Counted from the stretch's first letter, positions 40,986-54,440 are shown. The stretch: DNA of 64,000 bases from Octopus sinensis (GCF_006345805.1 NC_042999.1:83328001-83392000), one strand, 5' to 3'. Numbers and translations: made by a program. The notes: generated from the letters alone by a model not told the origin.

Positions 40986-41310
40986 AGGGCGGCGAGCTGG
41001 CGGAATCGTTAGCACGCCGGGCGAAATACCTAGCGGTATTTCGTCTGCCGTTACGTTGTGAGTTCAAATTCCGCCGAGGTCGATTTTGCCTTTCATCCTT
41101 TCGGGGTCGATAAATTAAGTACCAGTTACGCACTGGGGTCGATGTAATCTACTTAATACCTATGTCTGTCCTTGTTTGTCCTCTCTATGTTTAGCCCCTT
41201 GTGGGTAATAAAGAAATAGGTATTTCGTCTGCCATTACGTTCTGCGTAATCTCTTTGTCTGTTCTTGTTTGTCATTTCTTTGTTTAGCCCCTTGTGGGCA
41301 ATAAAGAAAT
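40986..41310 (+). mobile_element. Family A SINE plus a second partial copy
   Basis: Full copy, junction AAAGAAATA-GGTATTTCG, internally deleted second copy. Confidence 0.88.
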
Positions 41311-42578
41311 ACATAAGTATTTTGTATGCAAAATATCACCTTGTGGTATTTCCCTTCTGACTTTTTGGTAATTTGTAGTTTGTGAGGACTGAGAATGTAG
41401 ATGTTAGTGTTGTTTTTTAGCCCTGGGTCAGCCCTTAATCGTGAAATCCTATGATGAACGCTTTCCAGTAGTGACCACCTCGATTGTTTTTTTGTTTTTT
41501 TTTTTGCTTTGTAGGAATGCATTAAATAATGTGTTCTTTCTATAATGATAATGTATAATTTGAGTAATATCTTGGCAGTTATTTCGAGCGATCGGGAAGA
41601 GAGTCCTTCGTTGGCTTGTAGATGATAAGAGCGAATTTGACGATGGTGAAAGAGCTATAGTGTTTAATGTATGTGTGTGTGTGTAGAAATAAATTGATGT
41701 AATTAGAAAGATTTATTGTTTTCTGTTATCCCTAAATGCTGAACCCATGATAAAATTACATGTATTCGAAAGGGGAAACACCCCTAATCAATTAAATTAA
41801 TAACACTTGGTTCTAACGTAATCGTGTAGCAAAGGGCCTTTTAGGTGTGTAAAAATAGTAGGGTGTGACATCGTAAATTTCCCATTCGAAATGAACTGTC
41901 AAATAGGAAAGAAAAAAAAATGGAAATGCAGATGAAAAAAAAAACTTAAAATTGATTTAGTACTGACCTTTGAGAGGTCAAAGTTGAAGTGTTACAGAAG
42001 GAACATATATGTGGTTGCTCAATGTATAAAAAAAAAATAGCCAAATTATCCATGAGCTGAATATTGGTTTCAAATTTTGGTACAAGGTCTGCAATTTTGA
42101 GGTTGGGGTAAGTCGATTACAGCGACGCTCAGTGCTCAACTGGAACTTATTTTATCGACCACGAAAGGATGAAAGGCAAAATCAACCTCGGGTGAATTCG
42201 AACTTGGAGTGTAAAGATCAACAAAATGCAGGTAAGCATTTTGCCCGACCTGCTAACGATTCTGGTAGATCACCGCCTTATGCATGAATTAAATATTATT
42301 TCGTTAAAAATGGTTGGAGACAGGGATAATGTAATTATGGATATACGACTTCTGAAAAAATCTTTTGAATATGATGGTCATGGCGGAACAAAGTCTACTC
42401 AGTATTGGAGTGATTTCTGTCTAAACAACAACAACGGCTAGAGCTTCACTCGTTATAAATAAGACGCATACGCTTCAAATCACATTCTAGTGTCTTTACC
42501 CTCTCTGACTTGGGCCTCTGTGTCAAACTTTATCCTCTATCTGGACCCCGCACAACAACAACAACAACAACAACAACC

Positions 42579-42614
<36 letters not shown>

Positions 42615-42810
42615 CCTTTCTACTATAGGCACAAGGCCTGAAATTTATGGAGAAGGGAATAGCCGATTACATCGACCCCATTACTCAACTGGTACTAAAT
42701 TTTTCGACCCCGAAAGGATGAAAGGCGAAATCGACATCGGCGGAATTTGAACTCAGAACGTAGCGACGGGCGAAATACCTATTTCTTTACTACCCACAAG
42801 GGGCTAAATA
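42615..42810 (-). mobile_element. Family A SINE composite (tail fragment joined to an alternative-tail copy)
   Basis: Same AAAGAAATA-GGTATTTCG junction on the minus strand. Confidence 0.82.
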
Positions 42811-43330
42811 CATTCAGTTTAACTACAAAATCCATCCACAAGGCTTTGGTTGGTCATGGACCGTAGAATATTTTATTTACCCAAGGTGCAAGTTAAGTGG
42901 ACCGAATTCATACCATGTCGTTGGGAAGCAAGTTTCTTATTTCTTTATGGCCCACAAGGGGCGAAACATAGAGGGGACAAACAAGGAATACATTTTCACT
43001 TCCAGTCCTTCTCAGAAATACGCGTGAATTTCAGTTCTGCTAATATCCTCTTAGAAGCCAAAATACATTCGCTATCGCACAAACCACTAGTTTCCTCACA
43101 GATTCATCCACACATATACGTTTACGCATAAAACCATTACAAGCAAGACGTTTTCAAATAAATTTAGGTAACCTTATAATAAATAGCATACTACATCTGA
43201 AATTAAGATACAATACTATCGGCTTTCTTAGATGAATTTTATGCGCATTGTCGACTTAAGGGACATAATTTGGCTAGCAAAAATGTGAATTATAACTTCT
43301 TGCCCATTTTCTATTCTTTTCACCCTTTTC

Positions 43331-43373
<43 letters not shown>

Positions 43374-43637
43374 CTTTTACATTTTTCACAAGTGACCATA
43401 CTTATGCCTAACGGTGTATAGATTCTTTCGTATTCTAAATGAAGTGCTAATAACTGCCTTCCATAAAGCTTAAGTAGCACGTTTGTATATCTTCAGAACA
43501 GTAAAAAGATCACATGGAAATCTACAAGAATTGATCTATGTCTACTTGTGAAATGTTCAGTCGATAACAAAGGCATACATGGATACACACACATATACTT
43601 CGATACATACATATATGGCTGTGTGGTAAGAAACCTG

Positions 43638-43868
43638 TGGCGGCGAGCTGGCAGAAACGTTAGCACACCGGGCGAAATGCTTAGCGCTATTTCGTCTGCC
43701 GTTACTTTCCGAGTTCAAATTCCGCCGAGGTCGACTTTGCCTTTCATCCTTTCGGGGTCGATTAGATAAGTACCAGTTACGCACTGGGTTCAATCTAATC
43801 GACTTAATCCGTTTGTCTGTCCTTGTTTGTCCCCTCTATGTTTCGCCCCTTGTGGGCAATAAAGAAAT
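43638..43868 (+). mobile_element. Family A SINE inserted into the head of a family B SINE
   Basis: GGCTGTGTGG-TAAGAA before and TAAGAA-GCTTGCTTCCC after the insert (6-bp duplication). Confidence 0.85.
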
Positions 43869-44455
43869 AAGAAGCTTGCTTCCCAACCACATGGTATGGG
43901 TTCGGTTCACTTAACTTACACCTTGGGTAAATAAAATATTCTATGGCCCCTGACCAGCCAAAGCCTTGTGGATGGATTTTGTAGATAAACTGAATGAGCC
44001 GGTTGTGTGTGTGTGTGTGTGTGTGTACATACATGTGTATATATATACACACCACACGATTTGTTTATGTTCTCGAAACTTAGCGGTTCGGCAAAAGATT
44101 CTGTTAGAATAAGTATCAGATTTTTAAATGAGCACATGAGTCGATGTGTTCGACTAAATTCTTTAAGGTGGTGCCCAACCATAGCCGCAGTCCATTGGCT
44201 GAAACAAATAAAAGATGGAAGAATATATTGCCCACTGTGTCTAAACACGGAAGGGGAAAACAAAGACAGACAAAGGGATTAAGTCAATTACATCGACCCC
44301 AGTGCGTAACCGACCCCGAAAGGATGAAAGGCAAAGTCGACCTCGGCGGAATTTGAACTCAGAACGTAACGGCAGACGAAATACGGATAAGCATTTCGCC
44401 CCGGTGTGCTAACGATTCAGCCAGCCAGCCTCATTACACACACACACACACACAC

Positions 44456-44519
<64 letters not shown>

Positions 44520-44523
44520 TTTA

Positions 44524-44826
44524 GACCTCAACGTAGCCAATGAACAGTTGGGGCCTATTCTTGTTCCCATGACCACTCCCGAGGTTGTTGGTAAAACTCC
44601 TCTGCGAACAAGAAGCAGTTCGGTCAGTCGAAGAAGTGTGGAGGTATCAGGCTGAGGGTCAAGCCGAAGGTCTACGAAGTATTTAAACGCAAGAAGTCCT
44701 TCGTTGTGTGAGATCACCGTATATAAACTTTTAGCATCAAGAGTGAACAGGGCCAGAAGGGAAGGAGAAAGAGTTAAACAGACGGAGAGCATGGCTGATG
44801 TTTTGGATGTGGGAGAGGAGGGAAGC

Positions 44827-44829
<3 letters not shown>
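44524..44829 (-). mobile_element. Penelope-like element reverse transcriptase fragment
   Basis: ..HIQNISHALRLFNSFSFP / LFTLDAKSLYTVISHNEGLLAFKYF..STLLRLTELLL / SGVVMGTRIGPN / LFIGYVE, with deletions; PLE RT motifs DxxSLYT and GxxMGTxxGP. Confidence 0.88.
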
Positions 44830-44911
<82 letters not shown>

Positions 44912-45057
44912 CCCCTCAACAGCTTGACAACCGGTGTTGGTGTGTTTACATGACCGTAACGTAGCGGTCCTCTATCGATAGACTAAATACCAGGCTTTAA
45001 AAATAAAGCACCGGGGCCGTAGTTCAGTGACTGAAACAAGATAGAAATATATAATTG

Positions 45058-45435
45058 AAAAAATTGGAGTCAACAAGAAGGAGTACTGTTGGACATTTAC
45101 TTTCAATAATCTGGTGTCAGCAAGGAGCATGGTTGCACATTTATTTTCAATTACTACAATTGTTTGTACGCAACGTAGTTCTCCAGGCGTGCTTGATTAT
45201 GCAACCGTTTCTCTGCAGTATGAGATCTAGTTGTGTTTCCTCAGGTGATATGTAAATGTTGTCTCCGTAAGTTCAAATTCTCGGTTTCAAGAGCATTCGC
45301 TCTGTCGTAGCCTGAATTTAGTAGTAGTTTCATAACCAAGTACCTGCACACGCGGAGAACTACGTTGCGTAGGAGCAATTGTAGTGATTGAAAATATATG
45401 TCCAGCGGTACTCCTTGTTGACTCCAATTTTTTTT
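45058..45435. repeat. Foldback element with ~90-135-bp imperfect inverted arms
   Basis: AATTGGAGTCAACAAG...CAACGTAGTTCTCC mirrored by GGAGAACTACGTTG...CTTGTTGACTCCAATT. Confidence 0.8.
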
Positions 45436-45609
45436 CCGTTATCTATTCACACACGGTAGAAGCCCAATCGCAAACCTGGAAATAAGTATAATACTGGTAC
45501 TGAATAGCACAGGGGGAAATCTTCTTAATGATGACGCGCTTCATACTGTACACTACTGCGTTCTTAACAAGATATACCATTTATATATATCGCCAAGTTA
45601 AATATGTAA

Positions 45610-45677
45610 ACCACCTGAAGAATGACTGTAACTCGAAAATTTTAAGAATTGAACAGCCATGAAACGATCGTAGTGTT
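45610..45677 (+). ncRNA. Type I hammerhead ribozyme motif
   Basis: ACCAC CTGAAGA ATGACTGT..loop..ACAGCCAT GAAACGATCGT A GTGTT; stem II 7/8, palindromic stem III. Confidence 0.7.
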
Positions 45678-45891
45678 ATATTAATTATCTTTTTTAATAA
45701 TTTTGATACATATTTAATAATATAAATTAATTAATCTTATGTATTGGCTTAAGTTTTTCATTGTATGATTTGCCTAATAGTGGGTTATCTCTAATTTAAT
45801 ATAATATAATATTTTACTATAAAATTGGATTCAATCCTAAATCTGATTTTTCCCTGTAAGTTTGGATTTATTCCCTAATATTTTATTATAC

Positions 45892-45922
<31 letters not shown>

Positions 45923-45953
45923 ATATATATAATATGTGTGTGTGTTGTGTGTT

Positions 45954-45999
<46 letters not shown>

Positions 46000-46033
46000 T
46001 TATGTATGTAGATATATTAAACATATATAGAGT

Positions 46034-46064
<31 letters not shown>

Positions 46065-46530
46065 AAAAGAGAGAGGAGTTAAATGTGTAAATAAATTGAT
46101 AGATTAAGATTTGATAGATTTGATAGATTAAGATTGCAAGTAGGTTAGAGTGAGTAACAAACAGTACAAAACTAAACATCTATGAAGGGTTAGGGAGATA
46201 GTAGTGCCCTTGACATCGACACTCTCTTACGCTGGAACATACGGCAGAGGTGAGATAAAATGAGAAAAATGTAAAGCTAACCTGATTACGTGATTTTATT
46301 CATGTCTTTCTCTCTTTCTCTGACACATGTACAGACTTATATACCAGCAAATCCCCGTTCCGCCAAACTACTTACTTTCTCCTTTCCCTTTTCCATCATA
46401 TTTGCAGGGCCTGTTATCCTTCTTTTAAAAGCACCATCCTCACGTTTCCTACCGTCTAATGGTCTTTTAGGTTTTTTTTTTCTTCAGAATTCCCTTCTTT
46501 CCTTTCCTATGCATACATACGACATTATAG

Positions 46531-46599
<69 letters not shown>

Positions 46600-46890
46600 T
46601 ATATATATTATATATATATATATATTATATATAGAGGGCATAATTATACAACATGCCAGAGGCATAATCTACCTGACATTTCTTGTTAAGTTTCTTATTA
46701 AGTAGTTGTCCTTATTGCAAAAAATATATATATATATATAATAATTAATAAGGGTGAGAGAATTAGAGCTAACAGTCGTACTGGCTTTCATGGAAACTGT
46801 TCTTCGGGTTGAAACCTTTTGGATTAACTGGTGCTAGATGTGACAATATATTGACCACTCTCTTATATTTGTTTTATATAATATATATAT

Positions 46891-46925
<35 letters not shown>

Positions 46926-47004
46926 TACTTGCATGAATGCATACATAAGATATATATATATATATATCAGACATAAATATAATGTATATTCATGCTTAAA
47001 TACA

Positions 47005-47066
<62 letters not shown>

Positions 47067-47125
47067 ACACAACATATATATATATGCTTACATTCATATA
47101 GGTACAATACCTGCACACACAGACT

Positions 47126-47156
<31 letters not shown>

Positions 47157-47747
47157 ATATGTACGCACATATATATACACACACGTATATACACACACAT
47201 GTATACACACACGCACACACACACACATATATATATATATATACACACATATATGCCTGCACACATACACACACACACACACGCATACGCATAATTTTTA
47301 TACACGTACGTTTATCTGTACATTTCCTCTCCACATCCATACCTTCAGACTCACACCTCTCCTCGTAAAACCTGTCTGCTGGTGTCTCTGCATGGGCTCA
47401 TATATTTTGCCAGACATGTATCTGTCGACATCCTGTAATCAAGGAGAATAATTAAGATTTTTCGTATGAATATTTTCTAGAACACTTCAATATATTACAT
47501 GCGCAAAGGCACACACACACACACACACACACTCATCACTAACACACACACACACACCACACGCACACACGAGTAATAAACAAAAAAGAATTATAATAAA
47601 AAATATCAACGAAAGTAAAAATAAGAAAAAAACAATTGTTAAACATATGCAAAAATGTAGGAAATATTTATTGCTGCTTCTGCCGTTATTGTCGTTATTT
47701 TATTAGGTGAAGGTTACACAAACAAAACACATATCATGTGACAATAC

Positions 47748-47780
47748 TGTGTGGTCGTGAGATTATTGCTATTATTATTA

Positions 47781-47827
<47 letters not shown>

Positions 47828-48086
47828 TGAGGCGGCGAAGTGGTAGAAACGTTAGCACGTCGGCGGAAATGCTTAGCGGCATTTCGTCCGTCCTGAGTTC
47901 AAATTCCGCCGAGATCGACTTTGCCTTTCATCCTTTCGGGGTCGATTAAATACGTACCAGTTACACACTGGGGTCGATGTAATCGACTTAATCCCTTTGT
48001 CTGTCTTTGTTTTTCCCCTCTATGTTTTACCCTCTGTGGGCAATAAAGAAATATATAATGTGTGGTCTTGAGATTATTGCTATTGC

Positions 48087-48138
<52 letters not shown>

Positions 48139-48390
48139 TGAGGCGGCGAAGTGGCAGAAACGTTAGCACGTCAGCCGAAATGCTTAGCGGCATTTCGTCC
48201 GTCCTGAGTTCAAATTCCGCCGAGATCGACTTTGCCTTTCATCCTTTCGGGGTCGATTAAATAAGTACCAGTTACACACTGGAGTCGATGTAATCGACTT
48301 AATCCCTTTGTCTGTCTTTGTTTTTCCCCTCTATGTTTTCCCCTCTTGGGCAATAAAGAAATATATAATGTGTGGTCTTGAGATTATTGC

Positions 48391-48442
<52 letters not shown>

Positions 48443-48718
48443 TGAGGCGGCGAAGTGGCAGAAACGTTAGCACGTCAGCCGAAATGCTTAGCGGCATTTC
48501 GTCCGTCCTGAGTTCAAATTCCGCCGAGATCGACTTTGCCTTTCATCCTTTCGGGGTCGATTAAATAAGTACCAGTTACACACTGGAGTCGATGTAATCG
48601 ACTTAATCCCTTTGTCTGTCTTTGTTTTTCCCCTCTATGTTTTCCCCTCTTGGGCAATAAAGAAATATATAATGTGTGGTCTTGAGATTATTGCTATTAT
48701 TATTATTATTATTATTAC
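47748..48718 (+). repeat. Tandem array of three ~305-311-bp units (flank + (ATT)n + family A SINE) plus a partial fourth
   Basis: Units start at 47748, 48059, 48369 and 48673. Confidence 0.95.
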
Positions 48719-49536
48719 TTTTTTTTTTCTTCTTTCAAACTTGCTTGCATTTCTTGCCGCGTGTCTTCCCGACTCCTAGGGCAAAGAAACTCATAGTATA
48801 CATTGGTAGGCCATTAAACCAAACTTAATAGTTCGTTCATTTTTATTTTTTTTTATTTTTTAAGTTAAATTAAAATACATGAGTAGCAACAGTTCTCACA
48901 TCGACAATGCTCTTCTCAATACGTGTGATGTACCAGTTAAGACAATCTTTTGCACTTCTTGCAGGGATGGTAAGCCAGGGATCATTCTCATATAATTTTC
49001 GGTTCCGTCTTGATCATTTCTAGTGCTCCAACGATCACTAATATTATTATTATTATTATTATTATTATTTAAGGTGGCGAACTAACAGAAACGTTAGCAC
49101 GTCGGGCGAAATGCTTAGCGGCATTTCGTCCGTCCAGAGTTCAAATTCCGCCGAGGTCGACTTTGCTTATCACCTTTTCGGAGTCGATAAAATAAGTACC
49201 AGCTGACTACTAGACTCGATGTAATCGACTTAACTCCTGTTATATCTTTACAGATAAAAGAATACATTGCAACTGTGTAATAACAATATAACCAAAACAA
49301 ACGGTAGCAACGACATGGAGCGTAACAGCAATCTTTTAAGAACCAACAATCCAACACGCTAACTCGAAATGTAAATTTAAACTCCAGCTTTGAACTATCA
49401 ACACACGAACCTCACTTACTCAGACCGCTACTATTTATATGTAGTTGTCCAGTCCATTCCATTCTCGCCAAGGGACGTCGTAGTATCGCACAACATTCCC
49501 TTTTGAGATTTCGTGTTCCAAAGGAATAAAGAAACC

Positions 49537-49568
<32 letters not shown>

Positions 49569-49575
49569 TATATAT

Positions 49576-49620
<45 letters not shown>

Positions 49621-50313
49621 TACCGGTCTTCTTCTAGCATAATGGATATCCATTTAGTGGTCATCCCTCTTATATGTATGTAATAAAGTTTTTCTGAATC
49701 CTCTGATTTTTCAATATACTAGGCCATTGGTTTTAAATTGATGTTAATCAAATTAATATCCAATTTTTCACCCTTATTATTTAAATTTAAATAACCATTT
49801 TCTCTAACCGGTAAAATTCACTGCAGAGAATTATTTTCTGCAGAATTATTTCCGGTATTTTGGCGCGCCAGAACAAAGACTTTTAAATATATAACCCCAA
49901 ATGTAATCGTTAGAACTATATGCATGTTCAATCTCACGCGGACGTCTCGTGTATAGTTCTGCAAATTATATTTTGCTATGACGAACACACAGATGAATTG
50001 TGGACACTTACGTAAGCGGTAACAATGAAATCAGGTTTGTGATTAATCTTTATATTTTGTATCTTTTCATTTCTCTTGCTCGCTTACCTTCGGGCGTTTG
50101 CTGAATTTTCTTGAGAACAAACTTTTGTTAGTGGTAAGACCATAGGGGTCTACTTCTAGCATAATGGATATCCACTTAGTGGCCATCCCTCTTATATCCG
50201 TCGTCTAATGTATATGGGCAGAAGTACCACCTCATCAATCTTTAAGGGGCTTGCCGAGTGTAGCCTGGAAGTAACTTCAGCTGGAAGTAGATTCATTATT
50301 ATTATTATTATTA

Positions 50314-50368
<55 letters not shown>

Positions 50369-50489
50369 CACACATATACAGGTATGGCTTGTATGTATGT
50401 ATGAATACCTGTACCTGAATACGCACAAATAAATACACTGACGTAAAAAAAAAAGAAAGGAAAAAAGTAAATTATATCATTTAAGAACA

Positions 50490-50720
50490 AATTTTTTTTT
50501 ACTTGCTTCAGCCATCGGACTACGGTTATGATTGATCACTGTTTTGAAAGGTTTAGTCAAACAAACCGACTCCGGAACCTACGATTTTAGGCCTGGTATT
50601 TATTCTATCGTTCATCTTTGCTGAATCGCTAAGTTACGGAAACGTAAACAAACCAACACCGGTTGTCAATAGGTGGTAGTAGCACAAACGCACATACACA
50701 TAGCTATAAACACACACACG

Positions 50721-50772
<52 letters not shown>

Positions 50773-50940
50773 TACACATATGTGACAGGCTTCTTTGAGT
50801 TTCCAATCTCACTCGCAAAGCGTTGGTCGGCTTGTGGATATAGTAGAAGACACTTTTCTAAGGTGTCGCAGAGTGGGAATCGAACCCTAGATCACATTTT
50901 TAGGAAGTTTGCTGTCCAACTACACCGCCTCACCTGCCCC
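50490..50940 (-). mobile_element. Family B SINE, diverged
   Basis: Tail, (CA)n and head modules present. Confidence 0.78.
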
Positions 50941-51755
50941 TACATCCATCCATCCATCCATCCATACATACATACATAAAGACAGACAGACAGACCGACA
51001 GACAGACATACGAGTTGCTCGAAGTGTTGCAGTATGTAAATAATGAAATAAATGTCTGCAAAACCTTTGCGCAATGAAGATGGTGTGTTAATCAAAATAT
51101 GCAGAGTGTTGTCAATGAATGAAAGAAATACGAATGTATTGTATTACATTACACAGATTGCTTAACAAATTTGTTTCATCCCGAAATATTATAGGTTTCT
51201 TAAACAATCTATGTAAGCTATTACGGCAGTTTTATCATAATAGGGATAAATCGCCACTATAAATGACTGAGAATGGCTTGCTGACAATTGCAACAACTCT
51301 GGACTGTTATATTCTTGTCACTCTTATTTGAAAAGGCGTTTTATCCCGAAATAATATAGGCTTCTGAAACAACCTATGTAAGCTAATACGACAGTTTTAT
51401 CATTTTCTTCCACACATTGATATCACCTTACATCTGCGTTTCTCAGATGTTATACTGATATTTATCGCATCATATATATCATAAAAGAACAGTGACAGAG
51501 AAGATGAGATAAATTGGAAGAAAAAATGGGATGTACTTGTAATATAAAATATATGGATTCTCAGTCGGTTTCGAGAATGAATGTTTATTTGTTCGTTCCA
51601 CTGAAATAAGTAGTCCTTGTGTGTTAAAGCATTCCATAGATGTGTTCTCTTAAAATAATCTTTGGGTATTTTTGTTTATCGTGTCCACAGAATTGAAAAG
51701 ACTGACGGGTACCTGGTAATTAAAAGTAGATAGGTAATTAATATTCACTCTAAAG

Positions 51756-51953
51756 CAGTGATTCCCAGACTATGAGTCGCGACCCACAGATGGGTCGTGA
51801 ACGGAATCTTAGTGGGTCGCAAAAAGTTATAAAATCACGCATTAGCTTTGATTAACTGCTGTCTATCGAGAAAGTTCAATACTTATAAGTGGGTCGTCAT
51901 AAACTGGTGTGATAAATAGTGGGTCGCGACTCTAAAAAGTTTGGGAACCACTG
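51756..51953. mobile_element. hAT (Charlie-type) MITE, 198 bp
   Basis: TIRs CAGTGATTCCCA / TGGGAACCACTG; 8-bp TSD CTCTAAAG / CCCTAATG (6/8); repeated subterminal GGGTCG motifs. Confidence 0.88.
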
Positions 51954-52439
51954 CCCTAATGGACAATGAGACTGAACGAATACATTTCTATCCCTTTTTC
52001 CAGCACTGAGTGAAATGAGATATATAAAAAAATAAAGTTCTTTGACCAAGAACCACATAGAATACGTTCAATAGATTTGAAATTTCAGCTCTTAGGTTAG
52101 CTGTTAAATACCTTATTCACAGTTAGCTTAAAGCATATCCAGAAATCGGTAAATGTATACGGGGATAGCAACTGTGTCAAAGTTAAAACAATTTCAAATA
52201 TCTTCCTGTTAACAAGCTAGATTCAAGTGATATAATGTTTAACACCTCATTAACATGTCAAAACACAAAACACTTCTAACCTAACTTGCAGAAATGTTTT
52301 AACCACACCATTTATAATTAGCTGTTAGTCATTTCTCTGCAGTAATTGTTTCAGTAAACCAATACATGTGACTGAAAGAATTGCATCTTTTCCTTCATCC
52401 TCTAAGCAACACAATAGTATAGTGTTGCCGATTTTTATT

Positions 52440-52830
52440 TTTACTTTCTTTCTTTTATTATTTGTTTCAATCACAGGACTGCGGCCATGCTGGAGCGCTG
52501 CCTTGGAGGGTTAGTCAAGCAAATCGACCCTAGTACTTAATTGTAAGCTTGGTATTTATTCTATCGGTTTCTTGTGCCGAAGTGCTAGGTTACGGGTAAG
52601 TAAACGTACAAACACCGGTTGTCAAGCGGTGATGGGAGACAAATACAAGTGAAAAGATAGACACACACGCACGTGCGCAGGGCAGGCTTCTTTCAATATC
52701 CATCTACAAAATCCAATCACAAAAATTTGGTTAGCTCTGGACTATAGCAGAAAACACCCGATGTACCACGCAGTGGACTGAAGCCGATACCATGAGCTTC
52801 GAGAGCAATCGTCTTACCTCAAGCCACAAT
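52440..52830 (-). mobile_element. Family B SINE, diverged
   Basis: GACTGCGGCCATGCTGGAGC tail module through head. Confidence 0.78.
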
Positions 52831-52862
52831 TACCGTAAGATTTATAATATTATTATTATATA

Positions 52863-53259
52863 AGTCAGCGGGCTGGCAGAATCGTTTGCACGCTAGACGA
52901 AATGCTCAGTGGCATTTCGTCTGCAGCTACGTTGTGAGTTCAAATTCCGCCGAGGTCGACTTTGCCTTTCATCCTTTCGGGGTCGATTTAATAAGTACCA
53001 GTTACGCACTGGGGTCGATATAATCGACTTAATCCGTTTGTCTGTCCTTGTTTGTCCTCTCTGTGTTTAGCCCCTTGTGGGTAGTAAAGAAATAGGTATT
53101 TCGCATGTCGCCACGTTCTGTGTTCAAATTCCGCCGAGGTCGACTTTGCCTTTCATCCTTTCGGTGTCGATAAATTAAGTACCAGTTACGCACTGGGGTC
53201 GATGTGATCGACTATCCCCTTCCCATCAAGTTCCAGGCCTTGTGCTTGTATTAGAAAGA

Positions 53260-53270
<11 letters not shown>
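52863..53270 (+). mobile_element. Family A SINE composite (two cores)
   Basis: Full copy, fixed junction at ~53094, second copy with alternative tail into (ATT)n. Confidence 0.9.
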
Positions 53271-53315
<45 letters not shown>

Positions 53316-53959
53316 GATAGTTGTCATCATTGTTATATCTTCTTGGTGTGGATATCATGTGTGACAAAGTTCCACTCAGAAGATATTTCAGTAAGAAAAG
53401 TAGAAAAAGAAAAACTTTTTACAGATCCTTTTACTTAGAAGGAGCGTTGAAACATTTTAATATTTACACCAATTAATAAGGAGTATAAAAAATGAAGAGT
53501 CATCATTAGATATATGTACTGTATAAATTTTGCTTACAAACATTTACGCAAACATCTGTTTTTCTTTGTTTATTAGTGTTTAAATATGGCCACCACAATT
53601 TTTGAAAGTCAATTACACAAAAGGCAAAACAAACAAACAAAAAAAAACAGGATTAAAAAAAGAAGTGCCATTGATAAAAACAGGGATACACATAATGCTA
53701 TCACTGTGTCAAATATTACTAACCTTAACTTGCACAAATGTTCTAACCTTACCGCTTATAATTTGTCGCAGTTTGATAACTGAAAGTTCAAACTTGTATG
53801 ATAGTGAGGGCGGCATCAGCAGCAAGCAACTCATCTTTTTCAAGTATTATAAGCCACAGAGAAATACAGTGGAAAAAGCAGGGGATCAGAAAAAGAAAAT
53901 ACCTTTGATGAGGAATTTATCCAGTAAAAGGTGAGAGGAAGTTAACACACACTTTTCTA

Positions 53960-54440
53960 AAAAGGACTTCAAGGAAAATGGAGGAAGGCTTGGCTCATGT
54001 TTGGTACGTTGATTTTTTTTTTTACCATCCTTGATAGGATGCATGGGAATTTGCGTTCGATTTGTAAGAGGACGAGATGAGAAAACTGTTATAGCTGGTG
54101 CTTTCATCCAAATTGGGGCCGCAAAACACGAGGAAAAGAAATATCAGGTTCAGTAGAAATATTGGTAGCGACCTTCTGCTTGACACAGTACGGGTACATG
54201 GGTATGTGGATGTGTTCTGTAAACAATATGTGGTCAAACAGTATCTGTATGTACGTTCAGGTTCTAATAACCCTCGAAGACTATAAGAATAACTCGGAAC
54301 TATACCATATTTAGAGAGTGAAGAGCGTATCAAAGCGGTGGCACCGGGCAGGATGTGCAGCTGTAACATGTGTTGGAGTAAAGGTCATTGAAGTACCTTC
54401 CAACCAGAAGAGGAAAAGAAAAAAGAAGGTAAGCAATAGC
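53960..54440 (+). pseudogene. Decayed LINE ORF1-like (L1/Tx1-type) zinc-knuckle protein remnant
   Basis: One frame with stops: AWEFAFDL*EDEMRKLL*LVLSSKLGPQNTRKRNIRF...GTIPYLESEERIKAVAPGRMCSCNMCWSKGH*STF then EEEKKKE; CX2CX4H at 54362-54388. Confidence 0.5.

Noticed and set aside
46377-46514. Lys-rich minus-strand exon candidate ending at GTAAGT
   Set aside because: The frame is broken at the 10-A run, and purine-rich DNA lacks stops by composition
47748-48718. CRISPR-like repeat-spacer array
   Set aside because: Units are ~305-bp near-identical duplicates with no unique spacers, in eukaryotic DNA with no cas genes
54030-54160. hAT transposase reading (MGICVRFV)
   Set aside because: Competes with a longer zinc-knuckle ORF1 frame, and downstream hAT motifs are not convincing
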